Part shown: positions 13,681 to 22,272 of the stretch, in pieces | How the letters are laid out: the number at the start of each line of letters is the position of its first letter | How positions within the stretch are numbered: the stretch's first letter is position 1 | Assembly: GCA_036508755.1 (NCBI GenBank) | Contig: DATCGV010000087.1 | Coordinates: 1,677-65,676 of the forward strand | Length of the DNA: 64,000 nt | Reading direction: 5' to 3' | DNA from: Candidatus Limnocylindrales bacterium | Lineage (GTDB): Bacteria; Chloroflexota; Limnocylindria; Limnocylindrales; CSP1-4 | Notes under the pieces: model-generated | The model's input: the letters and a program-made list of their open reading frames with translations, nothing else | The model's database searches: none | What the model was told of the DNA's origin: nothing | Made by a program: the position numbers and the translations under genes

Positions 13681-13904
13681 GCCTCAAGCTCTACCGTCCA
13701 GGCCCGCACGGGCTCGAGCCGAATCCGGCCGCACAGCGCACGTGGCGCAGCCGGCTGGTGTCGCGCCGATGGCGCCCGGCGGCCCTCGAGAACCCGGAAA
13801 GCAACCCCACGAGCAGCCGCATGGCAGTGCTCTTCTGGGCCGTCCTCGCGACACTCACGTTCGTCCTGCTCGTCGTCGGCTACGGCACCCGGTTCTGGGC
13901 CTAG
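13677..13904 (+). CDS. Small hypothetical protein with one C-terminal TM helix
   Basis: 75-aa ORF with an ATGA overlap on the prs stop. High third-position GC. The C-terminus MAVLFWAVLATLTFVLLVVGY is hydrophobic. No recognisable family. Confidence 0.35.
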   Translation: MSLKLYRPGPHGLEPNPAAQRTWRSRLVSRRWRPAALENPESNPTSSRMAVLFWAVLATLTFVLLVVGYGTRFWA

Positions 13905-13955
13905 CAGGGTCACCGTGAGGGGCGAGCGGAGGCTCGCGCCTATACTTCCACGGCT

Positions 13956-16900
13956 GTGCTGAACCTCATTTCACGCTTCGTCGACTCCAACGAGCGCGTC
14001 GTCAAACGCATCCAGCCGCTCGTCGACGAGATCAACTCGCTCGAGTCAGAGTTCCAGGAGCTGACCGACGCCGAGATCCGCCAGCGCATGATCGAGCTGC
14101 GCGACGAGATCCGCGAGGACGCCGCGCCGACCGAGCCGTCCGAGGAAGAGCTCAGCAACGACAGCTCCGAGCGCCGCCGCGAACTCCGCCGGCAGCGCGA
14201 AAAGGAGGACATCAAGCATCTCCAGGGCGTCCTCGATGACGCACTGCCCGAGGTGTTCGCGGCGGCGCGCGAGATCAGCCGGCGCAAGCTGGGCATGCGC
14301 CACTTCGACGTCCAGCTGGTCGGTGGCGTCGTCCTCCACCAGGGCAAGATCGCCGAGATGAAGACCGGCGAGGGCAAGACCCTCGTCGCGCCGCTCGCCG
14401 CGGCACTCAACGCGATGTCCGGCCGTGGCGTCCACGTCGTCACCGTCAACGACTACCTGGCCAAGCGCGACCCGCAGTGGATGGGCCCGATCTTCGCCGG
14501 TATGAGCCTGACGGTCGGCATCATCCAGCACGAGAGCGCGTTCATCTACGACCCCGAACACCGCGGCACGGACGAGCGGCTGCTGAACCTGCGCCCCGTG
14601 CCGCGCGCCGAGGCATACGCAGCGGACGTGACTTACGGCACGAACAACGAGTTTGGCTTCGACTATCTGCGCGACAACATGGTCACGGAGCTGCCCGAGC
14701 GCGTCCAGCGCCAGCGTTACTTCGCGATCGTCGACGAGGTCGACAACATCCTCATCGACGAGGCGCGCACGCCGCTCATCATCAGCGGCCAGGCCGAGGA
14801 GTCGGAAGACCTGTATTACCAGTTCGCGCGCCTCGTGCCGCGCCTCAAGCCGCGCCCCGAAGGGGACGAAGAGGGCGGCGACTACTTCATCGACCTCAAG
14901 GAGCACGCCGTCGCGCCGACCGAGGAGGGCATCGACAAGATCGAGCACCTGCTCAAGGTCGACAACATGTTCGACGCCGACCCACGCCTCGCGCGCCATT
15001 TCGAACAGGCGCTGAAGGCGCACGCGCTCTACCAGCGCGACCGCGACTACATCGTCGAGAACGGCGAGATCGTCATCGTCGACGAGTTCACCGGGCGCAA
15101 GATGCCCGGCCGGCGCTGGTCGGAGGGTCTCCACCAGGCGATCGAGGCCAAGGAGGGCCTGCGCGTCCAGCGTGAGTCGGTGACGCTCGCGACGATCACC
15201 TTCCAGAACTACTTCCGCCTGTACGAGAAGCTGTCCGGCATGACCGGCACGGCGATGACCGAGCAGGAGGAGTTCTACAAGATCTACGGGCTCGAGGTCG
15301 TTTCCGTCCCGACCCACAGACCGATGATCCGTGACGACCAGGCCGACCTCGTCTTCCAGACCGAGAACGCGAAGTTCAACGCGCTGATCGACGAGATCGT
15401 CGAAATGACCGATGCCGGCCGGCCGGTGCTCGTTGGCACGACCAGCGTCGAGAAGAGCGAAGTGCTGTCCGAGATGCTCAATCGGCGCGGCATCAAGCAC
15501 GAGGTGCTCAACGCCAAGTTCCACGAGAAGGAGGCGCCGATCGTCGCCCAGGCTGGCCGCAGCGCATCGGTCACGATCGCAACCAACATGGCCGGCCGCG
15601 GCACGGACATCATCCTGGGCGGCAACCCGCAGGGTCTCGCCTCGATGGACATGCACCGGCGCGGCATCAACCCGGCCGAGGCGACCCAGGAAGAGCTCGA
15701 CGAGACGCTCGCCAAGGCCAAGGCTGAGGTCGACGTCGACCACGTTAAGGTCGTCGGCGCGGGCGGCCTGCACATCATCGGCACCGAGCGGCACGAGGCG
15801 CGCCGAATCGACAACCAGCTGCGCGGGCGCGCCGGACGCCAGGGCGATCCGGGTTCTTCGCGCTTCTACCTGTCGCTCGAGGACTCGCTCATGAAGCGCT
15901 TCGCGTCCGACCGCGTGGCCGGGCTGATGGAGCGCATGGGCCTCGAGGGCGACGTCGCGCTCGAATCACGCCTGGTGAGCAAGACGATCGAGAGCGCCCA
16001 GTCGCGCGTCGAGGGCTACAACTTCGACATCCGCAAGCGCGTCGTCGAGTACGACGACGTGATCAACAAGCAGCGCGAGACGATCTACGCCGAGCGCGAC
16101 AAGGTGCTGCGCAACGAGGATCTGACGGCGACTGTGAGCGATTTCGTCGACGACGAGATCGACCTGCTGGTCGACCAGCACCTCACCGGCGGAGTCACCG
16201 AGTGGGATCTCGACGGCCTGGCCCGCGAGCTGACTCAGATGGGCCTGCCCAACAAGGAGGTCAGCGCCGACGCGCTGGCCGAGATCGGCGTCCGCGAGGA
16301 CATCGCTGAGCACCTGCGGACGCTGGTCAACGAAGAGCTCGAACGGCGCGAAGAGGAGCTCGGAGCGGATGTCTGGGCGCAGGTCGAGCGCCTCGTCCTG
16401 CTGCGCACGATCGACACGCTGTGGGTCGACCACTTGACCGAGCTCGACGACATGCGCCGCGGCATCGGCCTGCGTGGCTATGGCGGCATCGACCCGCTCA
16501 ACGAGTTCAAGCGCGAGGCGTTCAAGCTATACGAGGAGCTGCGCGGCTTCATCAGCCGGCAGGTGGCCAACAACATCTTCCGCGTCCAGGTCCAGCAGGT
16601 TCCGCCGCCGCAGATGTCGATGACATCCGCCGCGCCGGTGACGGCAACCGCGAGCGACGGGGACGGCTCTTCAGCGACGAGTGCCACGAGCGCCGGCAAT
16701 GGCTCGGCGCCGGCGCCGGCACCGGCGCGACCCGCCCAGTCCGCGACGCGGGCAGCCACGCCGGCCGCGATCCCGCCTGCCCTGGCGGCAGTGGCGCGGC
16801 GCGGGATCCAGTACCAGGCCGGCGACGAGGCGCCCGCTGCGGCCGGCGCGAGTGCGGGCACGGGCACAGGCACCACTCCCGCTCGTACGGCACCCGCCAG

Positions 16901-16979
16901 CAGCGGCCCCAAGCTCGGCCGCAACGACCCGTGCTGGTGCGGCAGCGGCAAGAAGTTCAAGCGCTGCCACGGGAGTTGA
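13956..16979 (+). CDS. secA: Preprotein translocase ATPase SecA
   Basis: GTG start. 1007 aa with DEAD-like motor motifs. C-terminal zinc-binding tail CWCGSGKKFKRCHG, preceded by an Ala/Pro/Thr-rich linker. Confidence 0.97.
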   Translation: MLNLISRFVDSNERVVKRIQPLVDEINSLESEFQELTDAEIRQRMIELRDEIREDAAPTEPSEEELSNDSSERRRELRRQREKEDIKHLQGVLDDALPEVFAAAREISRRKLGMRHFDVQLVGGVVLHQGKIAEMKTGEGKTLVAPLAAALNAMSGRGVHVVTVNDYLAKRDPQWMGPIFAGMSLTVGIIQHESAFIYDPEHRGTDERLLNLRPVPRAEAYAADVTYGTNNEFGFDYLRDNMVTELPERVQRQRYFAIVDEVDNILIDEARTPLIISGQAEESEDLYYQFARLVPRLKPRPEGDEEGGDYFIDLKEHAVAPTEEGIDKIEHLLKVDNMFDADPRLARHFEQALKAHALYQRDRDYIVENGEIVIVDEFTGRKMPGRRWSEGLHQAIEAKEGLRVQRESVTLATITFQNYFRLYEKLSGMTGTAMTEQEEFYKIYGLEVVSVPTHRPMIRDDQADLVFQTENAKFNALIDEIVEMTDAGRPVLVGTTSVEKSEVLSEMLNRRGIKHEVLNAKFHEKEAPIVAQAGRSASVTIATNMAGRGTDIILGGNPQGLASMDMHRRGINPAEATQEELDETLAKAKAEVDVDHVKVVGAGGLHIIGTERHEARRIDNQLRGRAGRQGDPGSSRFYLSLEDSLMKRFASDRVAGLMERMGLEGDVALESRLVSKTIESAQSRVEGYNFDIRKRVVEYDDVINKQRETIYAERDKVLRNEDLTATVSDFVDDEIDLLVDQHLTGGVTEWDLDGLARELTQMGLPNKEVSADALAEIGVREDIAEHLRTLVNEELERREEELGADVWAQVERLVLLRTIDTLWVDHLTELDDMRRGIGLRGYGGIDPLNEFKREAFKLYEELRGFISRQVANNIFRVQVQQVPPPQMSMTSAAPVTATASDGDGSSATSATSAGNGSAPAPAPARPAQSATRAATPAAIPPALAAVARRGIQYQAGDEAPAAAGASAGTGTGTTPARTAPASSGPKLGRNDPCWCGSGKKFKRCHGS

Positions 16980-17725
16980 CCGACCGGTCGCTCGCGTGGG
17001 AGGGCGCGCTTAACGCCCGAGATGCGGGCGGGCTCGCGACCGGCGACGGTAAGGCTGTCCGTCGAGGTGCCCTGGTTCGCTCCGACATCCCGACTCGACT
17101 GACTGTCGCGGGCAGGCAGTCCCTCGCCGCCCACGGAATCAAGACCATCGTCGATGTGCGCACTACCGACGAGGTGGCAGACGACCGGGACAGCTACGCG
17201 TTCCGCGAAGGCACCATCACCTACCTCAATGTGCCATTTACGACGGGTCTCGACGACCGATACCAGACTGCGGCAAGTCGCGAGGAGCTCAACCGATTGG
17301 ACATCGACGTTCACAGGGAAGGCATCGCGGCGATTGTTCGTGCCGTGGCCGATGCTGGTCCGGGCGGAGTGCTGGTTCATTGCCATGCTGGCAAGGACCG
17401 GACCGGCATTTCCGTCGCCCTGACGCTGGCCGCAGTCGGGGTTGCTGACGAGGAGATCGCCGACGATTACGCGCTGAGCGAGACGAATCTGGCCGCGCTG
17501 ACGAGCGAATGGCTCGATGAGAACGCGCGCGATGATGACGATCGCCAACGGCTGCTCCGGCTGGCAATGCCCAGTCGTGAGGCGATGCTCGACACGCTGG
17601 CCTACGTGCTCGAAAGGTACGGAAGCGCGCAGAGTTATCTGCGCTCGGCCGGGGTGACAGACGAGCAGCTCGCAAGGCTGCGACAGCGCCTGCTGGAACC
17701 GACGCCAGCGGCCGTCGATGCCTGA
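16976..17725 (+). CDS. PtpB-like protein tyrosine/phosphoinositide phosphatase (Y_phosphatase3-type), paralogue 1
   Basis: P-loop HCHAGKDRTG (CX5R). The TTG start overlaps the secA stop (TTGA). The longer ORF from 16421 lies inside secA and is rejected. Confidence 0.75.
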   Translation: MTDRSLAWEGALNARDAGGLATGDGKAVRRGALVRSDIPTRLTVAGRQSLAAHGIKTIVDVRTTDEVADDRDSYAFREGTITYLNVPFTTGLDDRYQTAASREELNRLDIDVHREGIAAIVRAVADAGPGGVLVHCHAGKDRTGISVALTLAAVGVADEEIADDYALSETNLAALTSEWLDENARDDDDRQRLLRLAMPSREAMLDTLAYVLERYGSAQSYLRSAGVTDEQLARLRQRLLEPTPAAVDA

Positions 17726-18536
17726 ATTGAACGACATTCCGCGGTTCGCCGGGCAGGAGCGCATCCTCGATTGGGAGGGCGCGCTCAACGCGCGCGACAC
17801 AGGCGGGCTTCCGACGGCTGAGGGAAGGCGGATCAAGCCCGGCGCGCTGGTCCGCTCGGATGTCCTGACTCGCTTGACGCCGCCTGGCCGCGCGGCTCTC
17901 ATCGCCCACGGCGTACGCACCGTCGTCGACGTCCGGACAAGCGAAGAGATCGCGCGTGATGTCGACTACCCGTTCCGCGCGGCGCGTGCCGAGAATGATC
18001 CGAACTATGTGAACGTCTCGTTCGTGGTTGAACTTGACGAGGAAGAGGAGTTCGAGGTCCGCGCGCGCCGCGAATCGGCGACCGAGCTCAGCGAGCTCAA
18101 CCGGATGGACCTCGAGGTTCACAAGGCCGGTATCGGCGCCATCGTCAACGCCGTCGCGGATGCAGCGCCGGGTGGTGTGCTCATCCATTGCTACGCGGGC
18201 AAGGACCGAACGGGCATGTCAGTGGCCCTGTTGCTGTCCGTGGCAGGCGTCAGCGACGAGGACATCTCCGACGATTACGCGCTGACCACGCTGAATCTGG
18301 ACGGCCTCATCAGCGACTGGCTCGACACCATTGAGGACAAGTCCGAACGCGAACGAATGCGGATCCTGGCCACGCCGAGTCGCGAGGCAATGCTCGTTAC
18401 GCTGGCCTACGTGCACGACCGATACGGATCAGCCGAGCAATACCTCCTGTCTGCGGGCGTAGGCATTGATCACATCGCGCGCATCAAGGAACGCCTCGTC
18501 GAGCCGAACGGAGAAGGGGTGAAGCCCAATGGATGA
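17718..18536 (+). CDS. PtpB-like protein tyrosine/phosphoinositide phosphatase, paralogue 2
   Basis: P-loop HCYAGKDRTG. Roughly half of the positions are identical by eye to the upstream paralogue. 8-nt overlap with it. Confidence 0.8.
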   Translation: MPELNDIPRFAGQERILDWEGALNARDTGGLPTAEGRRIKPGALVRSDVLTRLTPPGRAALIAHGVRTVVDVRTSEEIARDVDYPFRAARAENDPNYVNVSFVVELDEEEEFEVRARRESATELSELNRMDLEVHKAGIGAIVNAVADAAPGGVLIHCYAGKDRTGMSVALLLSVAGVSDEDISDDYALTTLNLDGLISDWLDTIEDKSERERMRILATPSREAMLVTLAYVHDRYGSAEQYLLSAGVGIDHIARIKERLVEPNGEGVKPNG

Positions 18537-19743
18537 CATCGCTCGCGAGTACCTGCTCATCGCAATCGCGCTCGGAGAGCTCGAGGACGGCATCGTCGAC
18601 TCGTACTACGGTCCGGCCGAGATTCGCGACGAGGCACGCGCCGTCAAGTCCACGCCTGCAGAGTTGCGCACGCGCGCACACGAGCTGCGGGCGCGCCTCA
18701 GCGATATCACCGACGCGCAGCGCGCCCGCTGGCTAGATCGCCAGCTGCTCGCGCTCGAGACGCTCGCCGGACAGCTCGACGGCAAGCAGCTGCCCTACCG
18801 CGAGCTGGTCGAACGCTGCTTTGACGCCGCGCCGGAAGCAACGCCGGCTGATGAATACGAAAGAGTCCGAGCCGAGCTTGAGCGCCTCCTGCCCGGGGAT
18901 GGCAATGTCCGCGAGCGACTCGAAGCACACGACGCCGCGCTGACGGTGCCAGTCAGCCTGCTGGCAGGCATCGTCGAGTGGCTGACCGACGAGCTGCGCG
19001 CGGCTGCCGGCCAGGCGTTCTTCGTTCCCGCAGGCGAGGACCTGACGATCAGCCTGGTCAGAAACGAGCCGTGGGGTGCCTACAACTGGTACGACGGCGA
19101 CCTTCACTCACGCATCGAGGTCAACACGGATCTGCCGATGCGAGCGCCACGCTTGATGGACCTGCTCGCGCACGAGGGCTTCCCCGGCCATCACCTGGAA
19201 CATGCGACCAAAGAGGCCAGGCTGGTGCGCGAGCAGCGCCGCTTCGAATCGAGCGTCCAGCTGATCAACACGCCCGAGGCGTACATCAGCGAGGGATTGG
19301 CGGACACTGGCGTGCGCTTCGTGGCGCCCGAGGAGCGTTGGCAGGAGCTGCTGCTCGAAATCTGCGAACGCGCCGGCATCCCGATGACCCGAGACGAGGC
19401 GCGCCTCAACTGGCAGATCGGCAGGACGCTCCAGGGCCTGCATGGCGCCCAGGGCGATGCAGCTTTGCAGCTCCACGCCGATGGTCGTTCCGTGGCTGAG
19501 GTCGTCTCGTTCCTTGAGCGCAATGCGCTGGCCACGCCCGAGCGAGCTCACAAGATGCTCGAGTTCATCACCCATCCGTTGTGGCGCGCATATGTCTTCT
19601 GCTATGCCGGCGGGGAGCGCTTGCTCACGGCCTGGATCGAGCAGGCAGGCGATGCGGAGGGTGAGCGCGAGCGGTTCGGTCGACTGCTGAGCGAGCAGCT
19701 GACGCCGTCGGGGATTGCCCTCGAGATGGCCGTCGCGGGCTGA
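18529..19743 (+). CDS. DUF885-like putative metallo-hydrolase
   Basis: Motif LLAHEGFPGHHLEH plus a downstream SEGLADTG, resembling the HExxPGHH / EGWA signature of DUF885. 8-nt overlap with the upstream gene. Confidence 0.55.
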   Translation: MDDIAREYLLIAIALGELEDGIVDSYYGPAEIRDEARAVKSTPAELRTRAHELRARLSDITDAQRARWLDRQLLALETLAGQLDGKQLPYRELVERCFDAAPEATPADEYERVRAELERLLPGDGNVRERLEAHDAALTVPVSLLAGIVEWLTDELRAAAGQAFFVPAGEDLTISLVRNEPWGAYNWYDGDLHSRIEVNTDLPMRAPRLMDLLAHEGFPGHHLEHATKEARLVREQRRFESSVQLINTPEAYISEGLADTGVRFVAPEERWQELLLEICERAGIPMTRDEARLNWQIGRTLQGLHGAQGDAALQLHADGRSVAEVVSFLERNALATPERAHKMLEFITHPLWRAYVFCYAGGERLLTAWIEQAGDAEGERERFGRLLSEQLTPSGIALEMAVAG

Positions 19744-19802
19744 TCGGAGGCAATTCGGCTCAATTCGGGGTGAGTTCACGCTCAAAAAGACAATTTGCCC
19801 CC

Positions 19803-19831
19803 TTGAGCACGTTCGAATCGGCTGGCATACT
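19803..19831 (+). promoter_or_regulatory. Candidate sigma-70-type promoter (TTGAGC-17 nt-CATACT) for the Cys-rich ORF / prfB unit
   Basis: -35 TTGAGC at 19803-19808 and -10 CATACT at 19826-19831, in a lower-GC intergenic region. Three CAATT(C/T)G repeats lie just upstream, at 19751, 19761 and 19791. Confidence 0.3.
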
Positions 19832-19934
19832 CAAAAGCACCCGCTTCCGGAGGCCGTGCCTCCTCCGGTGAATGTGTAGTTACCACGTTCCCGGGGTCGA
19901 GGGTGGGCCCGGGCCAAGAAGGAGTTTGGCCGTC

Positions 19935-20189
19935 GTGAACTCCGAGCCCGCTGAGGAGGCACTCGCCGATCCGTTCGTCGACCTCATTGCGTGTGAGCGT
20001 GAATGCCGTTCGTGCAGTTACGCCATGACGCTCGACTGTGACGGAAACTGCGGAGTCTGCCAGCACAACGGATACTGTCCCTGTGTCAACCCCGTCGTCG
20101 CCCGGAGCAAGACCGCGCTGCGCATCATTGAGCTGCGCCCGATCATGCTCCAGGAATTGCGCGCCAGAGCAGAGGTAGTCGTCGGCTGA
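19935..20189 (+). CDS. Small Cys-rich hypothetical protein (84 aa from GTG 19935; alternative ATG at 19872)
   Basis: AAGGAG (19919-19924) lies 10 nt upstream of the GTG. Eight Cys are arranged CX3CX2C-X7-CX3CX2C-X5-CXC. The stop TGA shares one nt with the prfB ATG (TGATG at 20187-20191). No family recognised. Confidence 0.4.
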   Translation: MNSEPAEEALADPFVDLIACERECRSCSYAMTLDCDGNCGVCQHNGYCPCVNPVVARSKTALRIIELRPIMLQELRARAEVVVG

Positions 20190-21305
20190 TGGAGATCTCC
20201 AGCCTGCGCGACCTCGTGGAACGCATCCGCGCGACCTCGGGGCGTCTTTGACCTAGCCGCAAAGAAGGCACGCGTCGACGAGCTCGACGCGCTGACCGCC
20301 GCTCCAGACTTCTGGACCGACCAACGTGCGGCGCAGAAGGCGCTGCGCGAGGCCGAGGCCGTGCGCGACGAGCTGACCACTTGGCAGGGCGTCCTGCACC
20401 GCGCCGACGACCTGCTCGAGCTGGCGGAGCTCGCCCAGGAGTCAGGCGACGACGAGATGACCGCAGGCATCGACGCCGAGTACACGGCCCTCGACAAGGA
20501 CTACGAGCGTCTGCGGACCTCGCTCATGTTCTCCGGTGAGTACGACCAGAACGCCGCCATCCTGACGATCACAGCCGGGGCGGGCGGGACAGAGGCAACC
20601 GACTGGGCCGAGATGCTGCTGCGCATGTACCTGCGCTGGGCGCAACGCCATCGCTACGGGACCGAGATCATCGACCAGCTGGAAGGCGAGGAGGCGGGCC
20701 TGAAGAGCGCGACCGTGGCCATAGACGGTCATTGGGCGTATGGCCATCTGCGAGCGGAACGTGGCGTCCACAGGCTTGTGCGCATCTCGCCCTACGACTC
20801 TCAGAAGCGACGCCACACAACTTTCGCGTTGCTCGAGGTCCTGCCCGAGGTCGAGGACGACACGGAGGTCGGCGAGATCCCCGAGGACGAGCTCAAGATC
20901 GACACTTTCCGCTCGCAGGGCGCCGGCGGCCAGCACGTCAACAAGACCGACTCGGCCGTGCGCATCACGCATATCCCGACGGGCATAGTCGCCCAGAGCC
21001 AGAACGAGCGTTCGCAGCACCAGAACCGCGAGTTCGCGATGAAGGTGCTCCGCGCGCGGCTGCTCGAGCGCCGCCTACAGGAGCGCGAGCGGGAGCTGGC
21101 CCAGTTGCGTGGCGAACACGTCGAGGCCGGCTGGGGCAACCAGATCCGGTCGTATGTCCTGCACCCGTATCAGATGGTCAAGGACCACCGCACGAACTAC
21201 GAGACGAGCGCTACGACAGACGTCCTCGACGGCGACCTGGACGCGTTCATGCTCGCTGAGCTCGAGCGCGAGGCCACGACCGAGCCGGTGGTCGCCGGCT
21301 CGTGA
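20189..21305 (+). CDS. prfB: Peptide chain release factor 2, with programmed +1 frameshift (join 20189..20248, 20250..21305)
   Basis: Frame 0 reads MEISSLRDLVERIRATSGRL then TGA at 20249-20251. The site is GGGG-CGT-CTT-TGA-C, identical in architecture to the E. coli prfB shift site. The +1 frame continues DLAAKKARVDELD... into the long ORF containing GGQ (SQGAGGQHVNKTDSAVRITH). Confidence 0.93.
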
Positions 21306-22195
21306 GCACCGTCGCCCGGCCGGCTGCCGAGATCGGATATCGCCTGGCACTGCCCGCCGACCTCGAGGCGTGCGCCGACGTCCTCTATGCGGCCGACGAC
21401 GCGCTCTCGGCCAGCCGCGGCCTACCGGTCAGCCCGCGCAACCGAGAGGCGTTGGTTCGACTCTTCGCGCATATGCACAGGTACTCGCCTGATCGTTGGT
21501 GGGTGGCGGAAGACAGCGCGCGGATGATCGGCTTCGGCGGCTCCAGCACCTACCAGGAGATGGTCTACCTGGGCTTCCTCTTCGTTCTGCCAGAAACGCA
21601 GGCCGGTGGCGTCGGCCGGCGCCTGCTCGAGCTCTCGATGCATGACTCCTCTTATCGAGCCGTAGCCATCGCCTCGTACCAACCCATCTCCGCGGCGCTC
21701 TACTCCTGGTACGGCATGACGCCGCGAGTGCCGATCTACATGCTCAGCGGGAACCCGCGGACGGAGTTTCCGGCACTGCCTGCCGGACTTCGCGTGGGCA
21801 GGCTCAAAGCCGCTGCCGCCGAGCCGCTCGACTTGGAGGTGTGCGGCCTGACGCGCACCTGGGATCACGAATGGTGGGAGGCGCTCGGGCGCAACCGCTT
21901 CGGTCTGTTCGAGGGCAACGAGCTGGTCGGCTATGGCTACATCCAGGAAGTCGGCCGCCTCGGGCCACTTGTCGTGCGCTGCGAGGAGCACCTCCTGCCC
22001 TTCGCCGGCCGGCTCCTCGCGGAGATGCCTGACGTCGAAACGTGGCTGGTCAATGTGCCCGGCGTGGCCAACGAGACTTTCGTCGCGCTGCTTCGGGCTG
22101 GCATGCGCCTCGAAGGCCCGCCCGCGATCTATTGCGCGACCGAGCAGCGCATCGACCACCGGCGCTACCTGCCCGTGTCGTACGCGCTTCCCTGA
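21302..22195 (+). CDS. GNAT-family N-acetyltransferase (two-domain type)
   Basis: GTGA overlap with the prfB stop. Acetyl-CoA motif LPETQAGGVGRRLLE. Confidence 0.6.
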   Translation: MSTVARPAAEIGYRLALPADLEACADVLYAADDALSASRGLPVSPRNREALVRLFAHMHRYSPDRWWVAEDSARMIGFGGSSTYQEMVYLGFLFVLPETQAGGVGRRLLELSMHDSSYRAVAIASYQPISAALYSWYGMTPRVPIYMLSGNPRTEFPALPAGLRVGRLKAAAAEPLDLEVCGLTRTWDHEWWEALGRNRFGLFEGNELVGYGYIQEVGRLGPLVVRCEEHLLPFAGRLLAEMPDVETWLVNVPGVANETFVALLRAGMRLEGPPAIYCATEQRIDHRRYLPVSYALP

Positions 22196-22272
22196 CCTGC
22201 CCGGCGGCGCCTGAGCGAATCGGGCGGCACCCCTAGACTGCCCGCACTGTCAGTCGAGGTCCTGTTCTCCAG

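Noticed and set aside
16421-16975. N-terminal extensions of listed ORFs that run into the upstream gene: 16421-17725 into secA, 39726-41108 into the DUF2723 gene, 52901-54709 into pgsA, 61405-63351 into nuoN, 54178-55005 into the ArsR gene, and 43554 as the start of the giant gene.
   Set aside because: The extended parts are Arg/Pro-rich, non-protein-like, and out of frame with a well-supported gene. In each case a start codon at or near the upstream stop (often a 4-nt overlap) gives a product of normal length beginning at the conserved N-terminus.
19782-20066. 94-aa minus-strand ORF overlapping the Cys-rich plus-strand ORF.
   Set aside because: It has no RBS and no downstream partner. Promoter-like elements, the AAGGAG and the stop-start coupling to prfB all favour the plus-strand reading.
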